Position numbers and translations under genes: made by a program
The notes under the pieces: generated by a model
What the model was told of the DNA's origin: nothing
Databases searched by the model: none
What the model saw: the letters and a program-made list of their open reading frames with translations, nothing else
In this document: positions 42,939 to 53,156 of the stretch, one piece after another
How positions within the stretch are numbered: the stretch's first letter is position 1
Layout of the letters: every line of letters begins with the position of its first letter
Source of the DNA: an uncultured Francisella sp.
GTDB taxonomy: Bacteria > Pseudomonadota > Gammaproteobacteria > Burkholderiales > Neisseriaceae
Reading direction: 5' to 3'
DNA length: 64,000 nucleotides
NCBI GenBank assembly: GCA_943914555.1
Contig: CALUCM010000004.1
Span: forward strand, 2,137 to 66,136

Positions 42939-45900
42939 TTAAAGGAATTGCTTTCTAGCAGATAAAAATAACTGTAACCAAGGACTAAATTCTCCTTGCC
43001 ATTGCGGCGGACACCAGCTTAGCTGTGCATTACGTACAACACGTTCAGGATGTGGCATCATAATCAGCACTCGCCCATCTGCACTGTGAACACCTGCGAT
43101 ACCATGTGGAGAGCCGTTTGGATTCATTGGATAACTGCTCGCAACTGTTCCATCATGATTGCAATATTGTAAGGCAATAAAGGAATCGCTATGACCATTT
43201 TTCTTGAAGTTTCCTTGAGGAAATATTGCTTGACCTTCACCGTGAGAAACCACCACGGGTAATATTGCTCCCTGGAGCTCTTGCAACCACAATGAAAAAG
43301 AAGTAGGTATTTTAACCATTAGTAAGCGCGCTTCATATTGTTCTGATTGATTTGTGCGAAAACGTGGCCAAAATGAGCTACCTGGTATCAAAATATCTAA
43401 TTCACTTAACATCTGGCAGCCGTTACAAACTCCCAGACTTAAAGTATCAGATCTCTCAAAAAATTGTCTAAATTGCTCTTCTAATATTTTATTGTATAAA
43501 ATTGTGCTGGCCCAACCACGACCAGCACCCAGAACATCTCCATAACTAAATCCCCCACAAGCAGCAAGTACTTGAAATTGATCCAAATGAGTACGACCGG
43601 CAATGAGATCACTTAAGTGAACATCATGCGCCTCAAAACCAGCTTTAAAGAAAGCAAAAGCCATCTCCAAATGACCATTAATGCCTTCCTCACGCAAAAT
43701 AGCCACCTTAGGTTTGAGCGCTTGACTAATAAAAGGTACAAAAATTGCCTGCGCATCATTAGGTAAATAACTGATTAGTTTTTTTTGCTCATGACAAATG
43801 CTTTCTCGTTCTTCTCTGGCACAATCAGGATGATCACGTAGGCTTTGCAAACGATAAGATAGTTGTTGCCAAGCCAGTTGTAAATCGACACGAGTTTCTT
43901 CTAATACTGTTGTTCCATGCCACCTAACGCTAAGTGATTCTTTGGTTTGCAAGCAACCGATTATCCGAATAAAATTTGATAGTCCATGACTGGCAAAAGT
44001 GTCTAAAAGAGCTTGCGCTTTTAGAGTTCTCATTTGCACAACCACCCCTAATTCCTCATTAAAAAGTAAGCGTAGTAATGCTTCTTGTCCTGGAATATGA
44101 CTAAGAGTACTTTGCAATTCATCCAAAGATAGCAAAACCCCTAAACGAGAAGCAAATTGCATTTCTAGTACAGCGGTGATTAAGCCACCATCTGAACGAT
44201 CATGTAGTGCCAAAATATTTTTGTTTTTTAATTCTTTTTGTAATAAATAAAAAATCTCTTTGACTTGCTCAGGATAATCAAAATCTGGTGTTTCTCCCTC
44301 CTGCCAATATTCAAATACTTGCGTCAAAGCAGAACAAGCAATACGCGCTTGAAATGCTGAAAAATCAATTAACAATAAAAGAGAATCCCTTTCATCTTGC
44401 AATTGAGGGCTCACGCTTAAACGAATATCCTCACTAATCGCAAAGGCAGAAACAATTAATGACAGTGGTGAAATGACACTTTTTGATACCCCTTGCTCTT
44501 TCCAGAGTGCCTTCATAGATAAAGAATCCTTGCCTACAGGAATGGCTAGCCCCAACTTTTGACATAACTCTGAGGTCGCTGCCACCGCTTGATAGAGTTT
44601 GGCATCTTCTCCTGCTTCTCCACAAGCAGCCATCCAATTTGCAGATAGTTTGATTTTTTTTAAATCTCCAATATAGCATGCCATTAAATTACTAAGTGCC
44701 TCACCAATAGCCATACGTGCAGAATGAGTTCCCGAACGAAGGGCTAATACACTGCGCTCTCCTATGCTCATGACTTCGCCATAGTAGCCTTCAAAACTCA
44801 TAGCAGTGATTGCACAATCCGCAACTGGTACCTGATATGGCCCCACCATTTGATCACGATAAGTCAATCCCCCTACTGTTCTATCAGCAATGGTTATTAA
44901 AAAATCCTTAGCTGCCACCGCTGGTAGACGCAATACTCGATAAAGAGCCTCTTTTAATTCAATCGATGAGAAAAAAGTAACCTCTTGCACATTAGTAGTA
45001 GCTGTGATTAATTGATCCGAACGTTGGTTACGCGGTATTTTGCCAAACAATAGAGAAAGGGGTAGATCAACTGGACGATTTTTAAAAAGGCCATCCTCTA
45101 CTACTAACAACTTTTGCTGCATTATCTTCCCTACTACAGCAAAGGGACAACACTCTCGCTCACAAATAGCTGTAAAACGGGCTAAATTTTGTGAAGCGAT
45201 GATCAAAACATAACGCTCTTGTGATTCATTACACCAAATTTCTTTCGGTGACATTTGGGTATCTGCAATAGGGATATCACGTAATTGAAACACTCCTCCT
45301 TTACCAGCATCGTGAATTAATTCAGGGAATGCATTGGATAGACCACCTGCACCAACATCATGAATCATGAGAATCGGATTATCTTCACCCAACTGCCAAC
45401 AGCTATCAATCACTTCCTGACAACGGCGCTCTAACTCTGGGTTTTCTCTCTGCACTGAATTAAAATCTAGCTCTGTTTGATTATTACCAGCAAACATACT
45501 GGAAGCAGCTCCTCCGCCCAAACCAATTAAAAACCCCGGTCCACCTAATTGAATTAATAAGCTGTCATTTGGTACAGCCTGTTTCTTACTTTGTTTAGCT
45601 TGAATATTGCCTAATCCACCAGCCAGCATGATAGGTTTATGATAACCCCAACGTTGCCCAGCAAAATTAGTTTCTAAAGTTCTAAAATAACCAAGTAAAC
45701 CAGGACGGCCAAACTCGTTATTAAAAGAAGCATTACCGATTGGCCCATCTAACATAATTTGTAGAGCACTGCTCATTATCTCTGGTTTGCCATAATCCTC
45801 TTTTTCCCATGGTTCAATATAAGCTGGAATCCTCAGATTAGAAACTGAAAAACCACATAAACCCGCTTTAGGTTTGCCACCTCGTCCAGTAGCACCCTCA

Positions 45901-46859
45901 TCTCTGATTTCCCCTCCCGAACCAGTAGCGGCCCCAGAAAATGGTGCAATCGCTGTGGGATGATTGTGTGTTTCAACTTTCATCAATACATGAGTGAGTT
46001 CTTCAGAAAAATCATATATTTTATTTTTAGCTTGCGCATACCAACGTTTGATATTTTTTCCTTCCATGATTGCGGCATTATCCTGATAAGCAACCACAGT
46101 ACCCATAGGCTGCGCTTGATGCGTTGCCTTAATCATGTCAAATAAACTTAAATCTTGTACTCTGCCATTAATCACGAACTGTGCATTAAATATTTTATGA
46201 CGACAATGCTCAGAGTTGGCTTGTGCAAACATCATCAACTCCACATCAGTCGGATTACGATTCAACTTACGATAATGCTGCCATAAATAATCTATTTCAT
46301 CATTGCTTAAAGCCAAGCCAAATTGTTTATTAGCTTGCCATAAGCTTTCTTTACCATGTTTTAAAAGCTCAATTGTCTGTAATGGTTGTGCTAAGGCATG
46401 TTGAAATAGTTGTGTCAATAATCCATTTTCGACAATCACACTTTCTGTCATGCGATCGTGAATGAAAGGTAAATAAGTATTGATTGCAATAGAAGAACTT
46501 GTCTCAAAGCGATAAACCACACCACGCTCGACTCGTTTTATTTCAGTCAAGCCAGCATGATGCAAAATATCTTGTGCTTTAGAAGACCAAGGAGAAATGG
46601 TAGCGAACCGGGGGAAAACCGCTACCTCTTGCGAATCAGATAAAAGGGAAAGATCATGATGGAATGAAGCATTTAATAATGCACATAAATGCTCTCGCTT
46701 TTTTTCATTTAAGGCTTGAGCACACTGCACCAGATACCAATAGCGACTTTCAATACTCTGACATTCATCAAGGCCTAAACGTTTAATATTCTCTTGTAAG
46801 GCCCTAATTCTAAAAGGAGAAAGAGCTATTTCTCCCCGCATTGCCATGATGTCGTGCAT
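42939..46859 (-). CDS. purL: Phosphoribosylformylglycinamidine synthase, large single-chain form
   Basis: About 1300 aa. ALSPFRIRAL matches E. coli ALSAFRINKL, and the C-terminal glutamine amidotransferase domain (LGVCNGCQM) is present. The start is uncertain: ATGs at 46925, 46859, 46847 and 46841 are all possible. Confidence 0.9.
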   Translation of the reverse strand: MHDIMAMRGEIALSPFRIRALQENIKRLGLDECQSIESRYWYLVQCAQALNEKKREHLCALLNASFHHDLSLLSDSQEVAVFPRFATISPWSSKAQDILHHAGLTEIKRVERGVVYRFETSSSIAINTYLPFIHDRMTESVIVENGLLTQLFQHALAQPLQTIELLKHGKESLWQANKQFGLALSNDEIDYLWQHYRKLNRNPTDVELMMFAQANSEHCRHKIFNAQFVINGRVQDLSLFDMIKATHQAQPMGTVVAYQDNAAIMEGKNIKRWYAQAKNKIYDFSEELTHVLMKVETHNHPTAIAPFSGAATGSGGEIRDEGATGRGGKPKAGLCGFSVSNLRIPAYIEPWEKEDYGKPEIMSSALQIMLDGPIGNASFNNEFGRPGLLGYFRTLETNFAGQRWGYHKPIMLAGGLGNIQAKQSKKQAVPNDSLLIQLGGPGFLIGLGGGAASSMFAGNNQTELDFNSVQRENPELERRCQEVIDSCWQLGEDNPILMIHDVGAGGLSNAFPELIHDAGKGGVFQLRDIPIADTQMSPKEIWCNESQERYVLIIASQNLARFTAICERECCPFAVVGKIMQQKLLVVEDGLFKNRPVDLPLSLLFGKIPRNQRSDQLITATTNVQEVTFFSSIELKEALYRVLRLPAVAAKDFLITIADRTVGGLTYRDQMVGPYQVPVADCAITAMSFEGYYGEVMSIGERSVLALRSGTHSARMAIGEALSNLMACYIGDLKKIKLSANWMAACGEAGEDAKLYQAVAATSELCQKLGLAIPVGKDSLSMKALWKEQGVSKSVISPLSLIVSAFAISEDIRLSVSPQLQDERDSLLLLIDFSAFQARIACSALTQVFEYWQEGETPDFDYPEQVKEIFYLLQKELKNKNILALHDRSDGGLITAVLEMQFASRLGVLLSLDELQSTLSHIPGQEALLRLLFNEELGVVVQMRTLKAQALLDTFASHGLSNFIRIIGCLQTKESLSVRWHGTTVLEETRVDLQLAWQQLSYRLQSLRDHPDCAREERESICHEQKKLISYLPNDAQAIFVPFISQALKPKVAILREEGINGHLEMAFAFFKAGFEAHDVHLSDLIAGRTHLDQFQVLAACGGFSYGDVLGAGRGWASTILYNKILEEQFRQFFERSDTLSLGVCNGCQMLSELDILIPGSSFWPRFRTNQSEQYEARLLMVKIPTSFSLWLQELQGAILPVVVSHGEGQAIFPQGNFKKNGHSDSFIALQYCNHDGTVASSYPMNPNGSPHGIAGVHSADGRVLIMMPHPERVVRNAQLSWCPPQWQGEFSPWLQLFLSARKQFL

Positions 46860-47042
46860 TCTTAAATACTCCAAACTTCTTCGACTAATGCGAAGAAAAG
46901 CACGATTATAATTTTTCTCTCTCAACGACTCAATGAGTGTTACATAAAGAGCAATTGTCTCAAATTAAGTTTTTCAGCAAATGATTTTTTACTTTATTCG
47001 TTATAATAAGAAGCTCTAGCTAGTAAAAAATAATTAGATCGT

Positions 47043-48455
47043 ATGACAGCTAATCACTCTCTCTTAGATATCTCTTCTAATTTCCTTAATGAACATACTG
47101 ATGAGTCCGAAAGTAAGTTGACCTTACCACGCAGTATTGATGCAGAACAAGCAGTATTAGGAGCAATTTTAGCTAATAATGAGCTATGGTTTGAAGTACA
47201 GCCTATTTTAGTAGAAGACGATTTTTATAACATATCTCATCAAAATATTTATCAGGCAATAGTCTCCCTTATTAATCGTGACATTCGTGCTGATTCAATT
47301 ACCGTGGCAGAATTATTAAACGACAACAAGCAGCTAGAAAAAATCAAAGGTGGACGCTCCTATCTAGTTGAAATGATGCAAAACGTTCCTGCCATCAGCA
47401 ATGTTATTGGCTATGCTAAGATTGTCAGAGATAAATCAGTACTGCGTCAGCTTTATACGATAGGACGAAAAATTAGCGAAATGGCTTATCAAGAAGGTCG
47501 TGACGCCACAGACATCCTCGATGAAGCAGAAAAGTTAATTTTTGGTATCGCCGAAGAGCGCCACCGTAGAGGATCAACTTTGTTACCAGTGAGTCAATAT
47601 CTCTCGTTGATTGAGCAACGCATTGCCAGACTCCACAACATGCCTAACAATGGGATTACAGGCATTGAAACCGGTTTTTATGATTTAGATAGAATTACTT
47701 CTGGTCTGCAAGCAGGTGATCTTATCATTATTGCAGGGCGCCCCTCTATGGGTAAAACAGCTTTCGCTGTTAATATTGCTGAACATTGTTCATTAAGTAA
47801 CCAAGGTTCAGTTGCCATATTTTCTATGGAGATGCCAGCAGAACAATTGGTGACCCGGATGATTAGTTCTACTGGAGAAATTAGTATCAACCAAATTCGC
47901 TCTGGTCAATTTGATACAAATGACCACTATAAGTTTCAAGAAGCGCTTAATAAGTTACTCTCTTCTCGTATTTTTATTGATGAAACAGCTGGGCTGAACG
48001 CATTGGATATTCGAGCAAGGGTAAGACGCTTTAAACGCCTTCATCCTGATTTAAGTCTGGTGGTTGTTGATTATATTCAACTTATGTCAGGTTTGGGGAA
48101 AAATACCAACAATCGTGTGACTGAGCTGGGTGAAATTTCTCGTTCTTTAAAGGCTTTAGCCAAAGAAATTAATATTCCGATTATTGTGCTATCGCAATTA
48201 TCTCGTAACGTAGAAACTCGCCAAGATAAACGACCAATTATGTCTGACCTACGAGATTCAGGTGCTATCGAGCAAGACGCTGATATTATTATTTTTATGT
48301 ATCGTGCCGGCTACTATAGTCGAGAAGAAGGAGAAAAAGAACCAGTAAATGACCCGGCAGAAGCCATTATTCGTAAGCACAGAAACGGTGCATTAGGAAG
48401 TATTAAACTTTTTTTCCGAGGAGAATACAGCAAATTTATGAATGCACAAATGTAA
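47043..48455 (+). CDS. dnaB: Replicative DNA helicase DnaB
   Basis: It has Walker A GRPSMGKTAF and the DnaB RecA-like domain. There is no intein. 470 aa. Confidence 0.93.
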   Translation: MTANHSLLDISSNFLNEHTDESESKLTLPRSIDAEQAVLGAILANNELWFEVQPILVEDDFYNISHQNIYQAIVSLINRDIRADSITVAELLNDNKQLEKIKGGRSYLVEMMQNVPAISNVIGYAKIVRDKSVLRQLYTIGRKISEMAYQEGRDATDILDEAEKLIFGIAEERHRRGSTLLPVSQYLSLIEQRIARLHNMPNNGITGIETGFYDLDRITSGLQAGDLIIIAGRPSMGKTAFAVNIAEHCSLSNQGSVAIFSMEMPAEQLVTRMISSTGEISINQIRSGQFDTNDHYKFQEALNKLLSSRIFIDETAGLNALDIRARVRRFKRLHPDLSLVVVDYIQLMSGLGKNTNNRVTELGEISRSLKALAKEINIPIIVLSQLSRNVETRQDKRPIMSDLRDSGAIEQDADIIIFMYRAGYYSREEGEKEPVNDPAEAIIRKHRNGALGSIKLFFRGEYSKFMNAQM

Positions 48456-48617
48456 ATCAACAAACCCACCATACTCTTTTGTCGCTTATCCCCATTTTTC
48501 AACCATTAATCCAGAAAAGTAACTTATCTTATTTTCCTAGGTTAAGATAGATCCGAAGATATGCGCAGGATGTGCTTTGCCTGCCTGCTCGTTTAAGTTA
48601 ACACGAAAGCAAATCTT

Positions 48618-49298
48618 ATGTACTTAAGCCCACCCAAGCACCGTGGATTCACCTTATTAGAGCTGTTGGTTGTGCTGATCTTAATTGCAATTACTGTCTC
48701 TATGGCCTTACCCTCTTTTCTAGGCGCAATACGCCGTTCTGAAGTGCGTTCTGCTGCTTTACAACTTGCAAGCGTGATTAACTATGCTCGAGTGGAAGCA
48801 ATACGACAAGGAGAAATCGCTTATGTCGTGCCAACATATTTTAGAAAAAACGGAAAATTTGATGATCCAGAAAGATATAGCTGGCAAAAAGCAAATGGCT
48901 TGTTGGCCTTTATAGATAATATGAGTAATGATTTTACAGGGACTGCTCATTACAATAAAGATGAAGAGATAAGAAGCACACAGATTAAAAATTCCATTAC
49001 AATGGTTGCAGAGGCCGCGCCTCTTAGCAATTTAAATCAGTTTACTGCAAGTGAAATAGGTCTGTTGATCTACCCTAATGGAGAAATGAAATATACTCCT
49101 AATTATCGATCTACTAGCAAAGGTAACAGCGGCTATATTGTACGTATTACCCTAAAAAATAAGCGAGTACCCAAAGATTGTCACCGCTTATGGATCGATG
49201 CTCTTGCGCGAGCCCACAGTTGCCCTACCGCACTTAAAGCAGCAGATGTATCTGATATCGAAAAACAAATTTGTAGTTGTGAACCAGTCACTAAGTAA
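48618..49298 (+). CDS. Type IV minor pilin / pseudopilin, GspH-FimT/FimU family
   Basis: It has a prepilin leader cleaved after Gly (KHRG|FTLLELLVVLILIAI) with F+1 and E+5, and is 226 aa. Confidence 0.75.
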   Translation: MYLSPPKHRGFTLLELLVVLILIAITVSMALPSFLGAIRRSEVRSAALQLASVINYARVEAIRQGEIAYVVPTYFRKNGKFDDPERYSWQKANGLLAFIDNMSNDFTGTAHYNKDEEIRSTQIKNSITMVAEAAPLSNLNQFTASEIGLLIYPNGEMKYTPNYRSTSKGNSGYIVRITLKNKRVPKDCHRLWIDALARAHSCPTALKAADVSDIEKQICSCEPVTK

Positions 49299-49326
49299 AT
49301 CTGAACCAAAGAGAAAGAAATTCCTG

Positions 49327-49944
49327 ATGATCAAACGTCCTTTACAGCAAACTGGTTTCACCATGATTGAAGTGGTTGTATCAATGTTTATTTTAGCCTT
49401 AGGAATTATGGCGATGATTGGCATGCAAACTCGAACTTTAGGCAGTATTAAACAGGCAGAAAATATTTCTCAAGTATCACAGGCAGTTGACAACTTAGCC
49501 AGCGGTATATCGCTTAATCCTCATCTTAAATTGAAAGTCACTCCTAAAGGATACGAAACCCACAAAGATTATTCACTTTATCAGTTGCCTCATGGTTGCA
49601 TTGACCAAAGTATTACGTCTTTCATTAAACAAAACAGCCAATATAGTAAAAAACAATTTGCTCAAACTACACTGAAACGGTTCTGTACAGAAATAAAACA
49701 AATCACTAGTATTGATCCCAAAGATATCCAACTTAAAGTATGCCCCAACTCCAAGATAGAATCTAATTTGTCTTGGAATTTTTCCTGTCAAGACAATGGG
49801 GCACAAACCGTGGTCAAAGTGGTATGGAAATACAAAACCAAAATTCAAAACCCAGAACAAAAAACACAGCAAGAAAAAAATTTAGAAATACTCGATGAAG
49901 ATAATAAAGTGACCCTATCTTATCAAGTTCCTTTGAGCGAATAG
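49327..49944 (+). CDS. pilV: Type IV pilus minor pilin PilV
   Basis: MIKRPLQQTG|FTMIEVVVSMFILALGIMAMIGMQ is a PilV-type N-terminus. Start is taken at the internal ATG at 49327. Confidence 0.75.
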   Translation: MIKRPLQQTGFTMIEVVVSMFILALGIMAMIGMQTRTLGSIKQAENISQVSQAVDNLASGISLNPHLKLKVTPKGYETHKDYSLYQLPHGCIDQSITSFIKQNSQYSKKQFAQTTLKRFCTEIKQITSIDPKDIQLKVCPNSKIESNLSWNFSCQDNGAQTVVKVVWKYKTKIQNPEQKTQQEKNLEILDEDNKVTLSYQVPLSE

Positions 49945-49952
49945 CAATCTTA

Positions 49953-51302
49953 TTGCGAAAGATAAACATGAAAAGACCTCCTTCTTGGTATCAACAAAGC
50001 GGTTTTACTTTACTGGAATTTCTACTAGCAAGTGCCATCGGTCTCTTGTTGGGGGCTGCTGTGTTATCACTCTATTTTTATACAAGCCGCTTAAATCACA
50101 TTGCTAGTTTAAACCTATCCGTGCATGAAGACTTGCGTGCTGTGTCTCGCTCTATTAATCAAGATGCTGCAATGGCTGGTAGCTTTGGCTGTTTGTCTTT
50201 GACCTCCTTATATAGCCAGGATAGTAAAAATATTGATGATCAGTTTAATCGTCAATTTCATGTTTATTTTAATGATAGTATCCCTAAAAATAGCCCAATT
50301 GTGTTTGACAAGCCTGGAGATTCTGCACGTTCTTCTAATCAAAATTTTGGAGTTGCTCTACTTGATCCAGAAAAACTTAAAATCCCTAATTTTCAGGCCA
50401 AAAGTCAGGCTTTGACTTTCTATTATGCGATAGGTGAGGCAGCTACTTTCAGCGATATATATACCTCCACTGGAGACACAATTGCTGATTACAAAGCTGC
50501 TGATAACTCTCACAATCAATATGTGATGTCCACTGTAAAACAAGGAGGATATATTGCTTTTGGTAGCTGTTATGGTTTAGATATTTTCAAAGCAAAGCCA
50601 AGTAATACTAGTGTTGTTAATAGGAAAGAAGTAATTCATTTAGATGAGGCCACTTTGGGAGACGTGCGTATGGCTCCTGCCATGGCAGCGATAAACAATG
50701 AACAAACATTCACTTCCCATTTAATGCGCTATATGGTTCATTCCTATGTGTTGGGACAACTCAATAATGGTCCTTTGGGCTTATATAAAATAGAACTTAA
50801 TGAAAATGGTAGCTGGGGGCCGCCTGTGCTACTCTCTTCCCATGTGAGTAAGATGCAGGTTTCTTTTATCTACCCAACTGATTGGGATAAGGAACATCAG
50901 CGCTTTTTAGGCTGTCCTAGCGCCTTTAACAATGACGTCTATGCAAATGACAAACAGACCTTGGAAGAAAAATTTAATCAATACCAGTTTTTTGAGCGAG
51001 ATAATCCGACTTTCACTATCACTCATGATCCTAAAAACCCTAAAGGGGGTAAGCGCGAGGATTTAAAAAAGGTACTAAAAACAGAAGATCGTTATTTAGC
51101 ACCCTCTGCAGTGAATGTGGTTTTGACTGTCACTTATCCAAAACTATCTCGTCCTTTTGGTTTGGGAAAAAATGATCATGGATCATCCACAGAAAGCAGT
51201 CATGTGGATTTAAATGATAATAAAAGTGACAAGAAAATTTTTAGAATATTTTCTTCTATCAAAGGTGGTAATCAATGTGCCGATCGAAATTTAGTGGATT
51301 AA
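49953..51302 (+). CDS. pilW: Type IV pilus minor pilin PilW-like, unusually long at 449 aa
   Basis: It has the leader QQSG|FTLLEFLLASAIGLLLGAAV. Its position after pilV fits a pilW assignment. Confidence 0.65.
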   Translation: MRKINMKRPPSWYQQSGFTLLEFLLASAIGLLLGAAVLSLYFYTSRLNHIASLNLSVHEDLRAVSRSINQDAAMAGSFGCLSLTSLYSQDSKNIDDQFNRQFHVYFNDSIPKNSPIVFDKPGDSARSSNQNFGVALLDPEKLKIPNFQAKSQALTFYYAIGEAATFSDIYTSTGDTIADYKAADNSHNQYVMSTVKQGGYIAFGSCYGLDIFKAKPSNTSVVNRKEVIHLDEATLGDVRMAPAMAAINNEQTFTSHLMRYMVHSYVLGQLNNGPLGLYKIELNENGSWGPPVLLSSHVSKMQVSFIYPTDWDKEHQRFLGCPSAFNNDVYANDKQTLEEKFNQYQFFERDNPTFTITHDPKNPKGGKREDLKKVLKTEDRYLAPSAVNVVLTVTYPKLSRPFGLGKNDHGSSTESSHVDLNDNKSDKKIFRIFSSIKGGNQCADRNLVD

Positions 51303-51985
51303 AAAAAAATGAGCAAGGCTACGTCTTAATCGTGGTATTGGCCATTTTGGTTCTGATCACCTTGCTGATCTCTGCTACCTATTTAAATGCTGAAAGTGCA
51401 TTAAAAGAAACTTCTTTAGAATCAGATAGACGTTATGCTCAGTCTTTAGTAGAGGTCACCACGGCAATTGCTGCTCAAGAAATAAGTCATCTTTTTTCAA
51501 ATCCACAAAACAAAATTATTCCACCTGCTGGTAGCTATGATGAAGAGCAGGTTCAAGGAGGAGCATTGCTTGCTCATTTATCTGAAGGTGGGCCATCACT
51601 CAAAATGCTCGATGGAAGTAGTTGGCCTCAATATTTTCGTATTAATTGTGATGGAATTAAGGGAAAATTAAAAGGCCTATGTACTACTACCATTCTTAGT
51701 AGTGATAAGACAACTAAAAAACAGATTTATCCACCCCCACCTGTTTATAACCGCCCCAATGTGTTTAATGAATACGGTAATAAAAAACAATGCGGTAATG
51801 CTTTTAAAATTGATCAAAAAACGCTTCCTAATGAAGCAATAAGACAACCATGTTATGTGGTCGAATTTATGGGAATTGACTTTCATACCCGCACATTGCG
51901 CTTTCGCATTACAGCAATTGCTTGGGGCAGACATCCAAAAACCTCTGTAAAAATGCAAACAACTTATGAGATGGATTATGATTAA
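51275..51985 (+). CDS. pilX: Type IV pilus minor pilin PilX-like
   Basis: It has the N-terminal hydrophobic segment GYVLIVVLAILVLITLL without E+5, which is typical of PilX, and it sits between pilW and pilE. The start is uncertain because the ORF overlaps pilW by 28 nt. Confidence 0.6.
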   Translation: MCRSKFSGLKKNEQGYVLIVVLAILVLITLLISATYLNAESALKETSLESDRRYAQSLVEVTTAIAAQEISHLFSNPQNKIIPPAGSYDEEQVQGGALLAHLSEGGPSLKMLDGSSWPQYFRINCDGIKGKLKGLCTTTILSSDKTTKKQIYPPPPVYNRPNVFNEYGNKKQCGNAFKIDQKTLPNEAIRQPCYVVEFMGIDFHTRTLRFRITAIAWGRHPKTSVKMQTTYEMDYD

Positions 51986-52463
51986 TTGCTTTTACATAAA
52001 CAAACACCTAACAAAAGGTTTCACTTTATTAGAAATAATGGTGGTACTGATCATATTAGGTATTTTGGCTAGTTTCGCTGTTAACACTTATTCTCGTTAT
52101 ACTGAGCGTTCCCACTTAGATATTGCACAAATGATGTTGTCAAATTATGCCCAAGAAATCACTGCTTTTCAGTTAAAAACAGGCCGTGTACCAGATACAG
52201 AAGAAGAATACGAAACGTTTAAAAAACAAATGACCCATGACCCCAATTTAGACCGTCAGTACAGGGATTTTTTCCAAGTGCAGTTTACTCAAGGTAATAA
52301 AGAGTTATTAGCTGTGCCACAAAAGAAACATCGCTATCCGTCATATGCCAAAATGAAACTTGTTGATTACAGTATTTTTATCTGTAAACATGCTCCAGCG
52401 CTGTATAAAGCTGAAGGTGGCGAATGCAAAAAAGCAACTACTAACACATCCTTAAATATGTAG
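51966..52463 (+). CDS. pilE: Type IV pilin PilE-like minor pilin
   Basis: It has the leader ...LTKG|FTLLEIMVVLIILGILA and is 165 aa. An alternative start is the ATG at 51978. Confidence 0.75.
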   Translation: MRWIMINCFYINKHLTKGFTLLEIMVVLIILGILASFAVNTYSRYTERSHLDIAQMMLSNYAQEITAFQLKTGRVPDTEEEYETFKKQMTHDPNLDRQYRDFFQVQFTQGNKELLAVPQKKHRYPSYAKMKLVDYSIFICKHAPALYKAEGGECKKATTNTSLNM

Positions 52464-52788
52464 TTAGATTTACAATTAGAGCAATCTTGCTAGAAGCAGA
52501 GCTTTTTAATCAAACATTTTGATTGCTAAAGCAACTTTAATAAACAAAGCGAAAAGCTTCCTACTTTACTTGCTAATCTATCCCAAAACAGATAAATTCT
52601 AATGCCATAGTTGGTCTGATAACAGTACACCTAAATACATATACGCTATGATTATTTAAATAATTCCATAAGTGTATTATTTGTTTTTTACACTATGGCA
52701 TAGCCAATATACTAAAAGTAAAGATCAGCTAGAAATAATCCAATTGGCAACTGTTTTTTCTAGTAACCTAAAATCTTGGATGTAAATG

Positions 52789-53073
52789 TTACTCTTCTTT
52801 ATGCACGTTATCACTGACTGAAGAAGAAGATGTGCAATCTGCAGCTCCTGAATAAGCAATAGAAACCGTGCGTGCAGGAACAATTGTTGAAATTGCATGC
52901 TTGTAGACCATCTGAGTCACTGTTGAATTTCTCAATAACACCACATATTGATCAAATGACTCTACTTGCCCTTGCAATTTAATTCCGTTAATTAAATAAA
53001 TAGAAACAGGAACATGTTCTTTTCTCAAAGCATTTAAAAAAGGGTCTTGTAGCATCTGTCCTTTATTCAACAT
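52789..53073 (-). CDS. hfq: RNA chaperone Hfq
   Basis: [62 protein letters not shown] is near-identical to E. coli Hfq. Confidence 0.95.
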   Translation of the reverse strand: MLNKGQMLQDPFLNALRKEHVPVSIYLINGIKLQGQVESFDQYVVLLRNSTVTQMVYKHAISTIVPARTVSIAYSGAADCTSSSSVSDNVHKEE

Positions 53074-53156
53074 AATTATGACTCCGTGATTAAAATATAA
53101 AATAATTGATTAGTGTTTTACCATAGTAGCACAAGCCTTAAAAATATGAGATTTTT

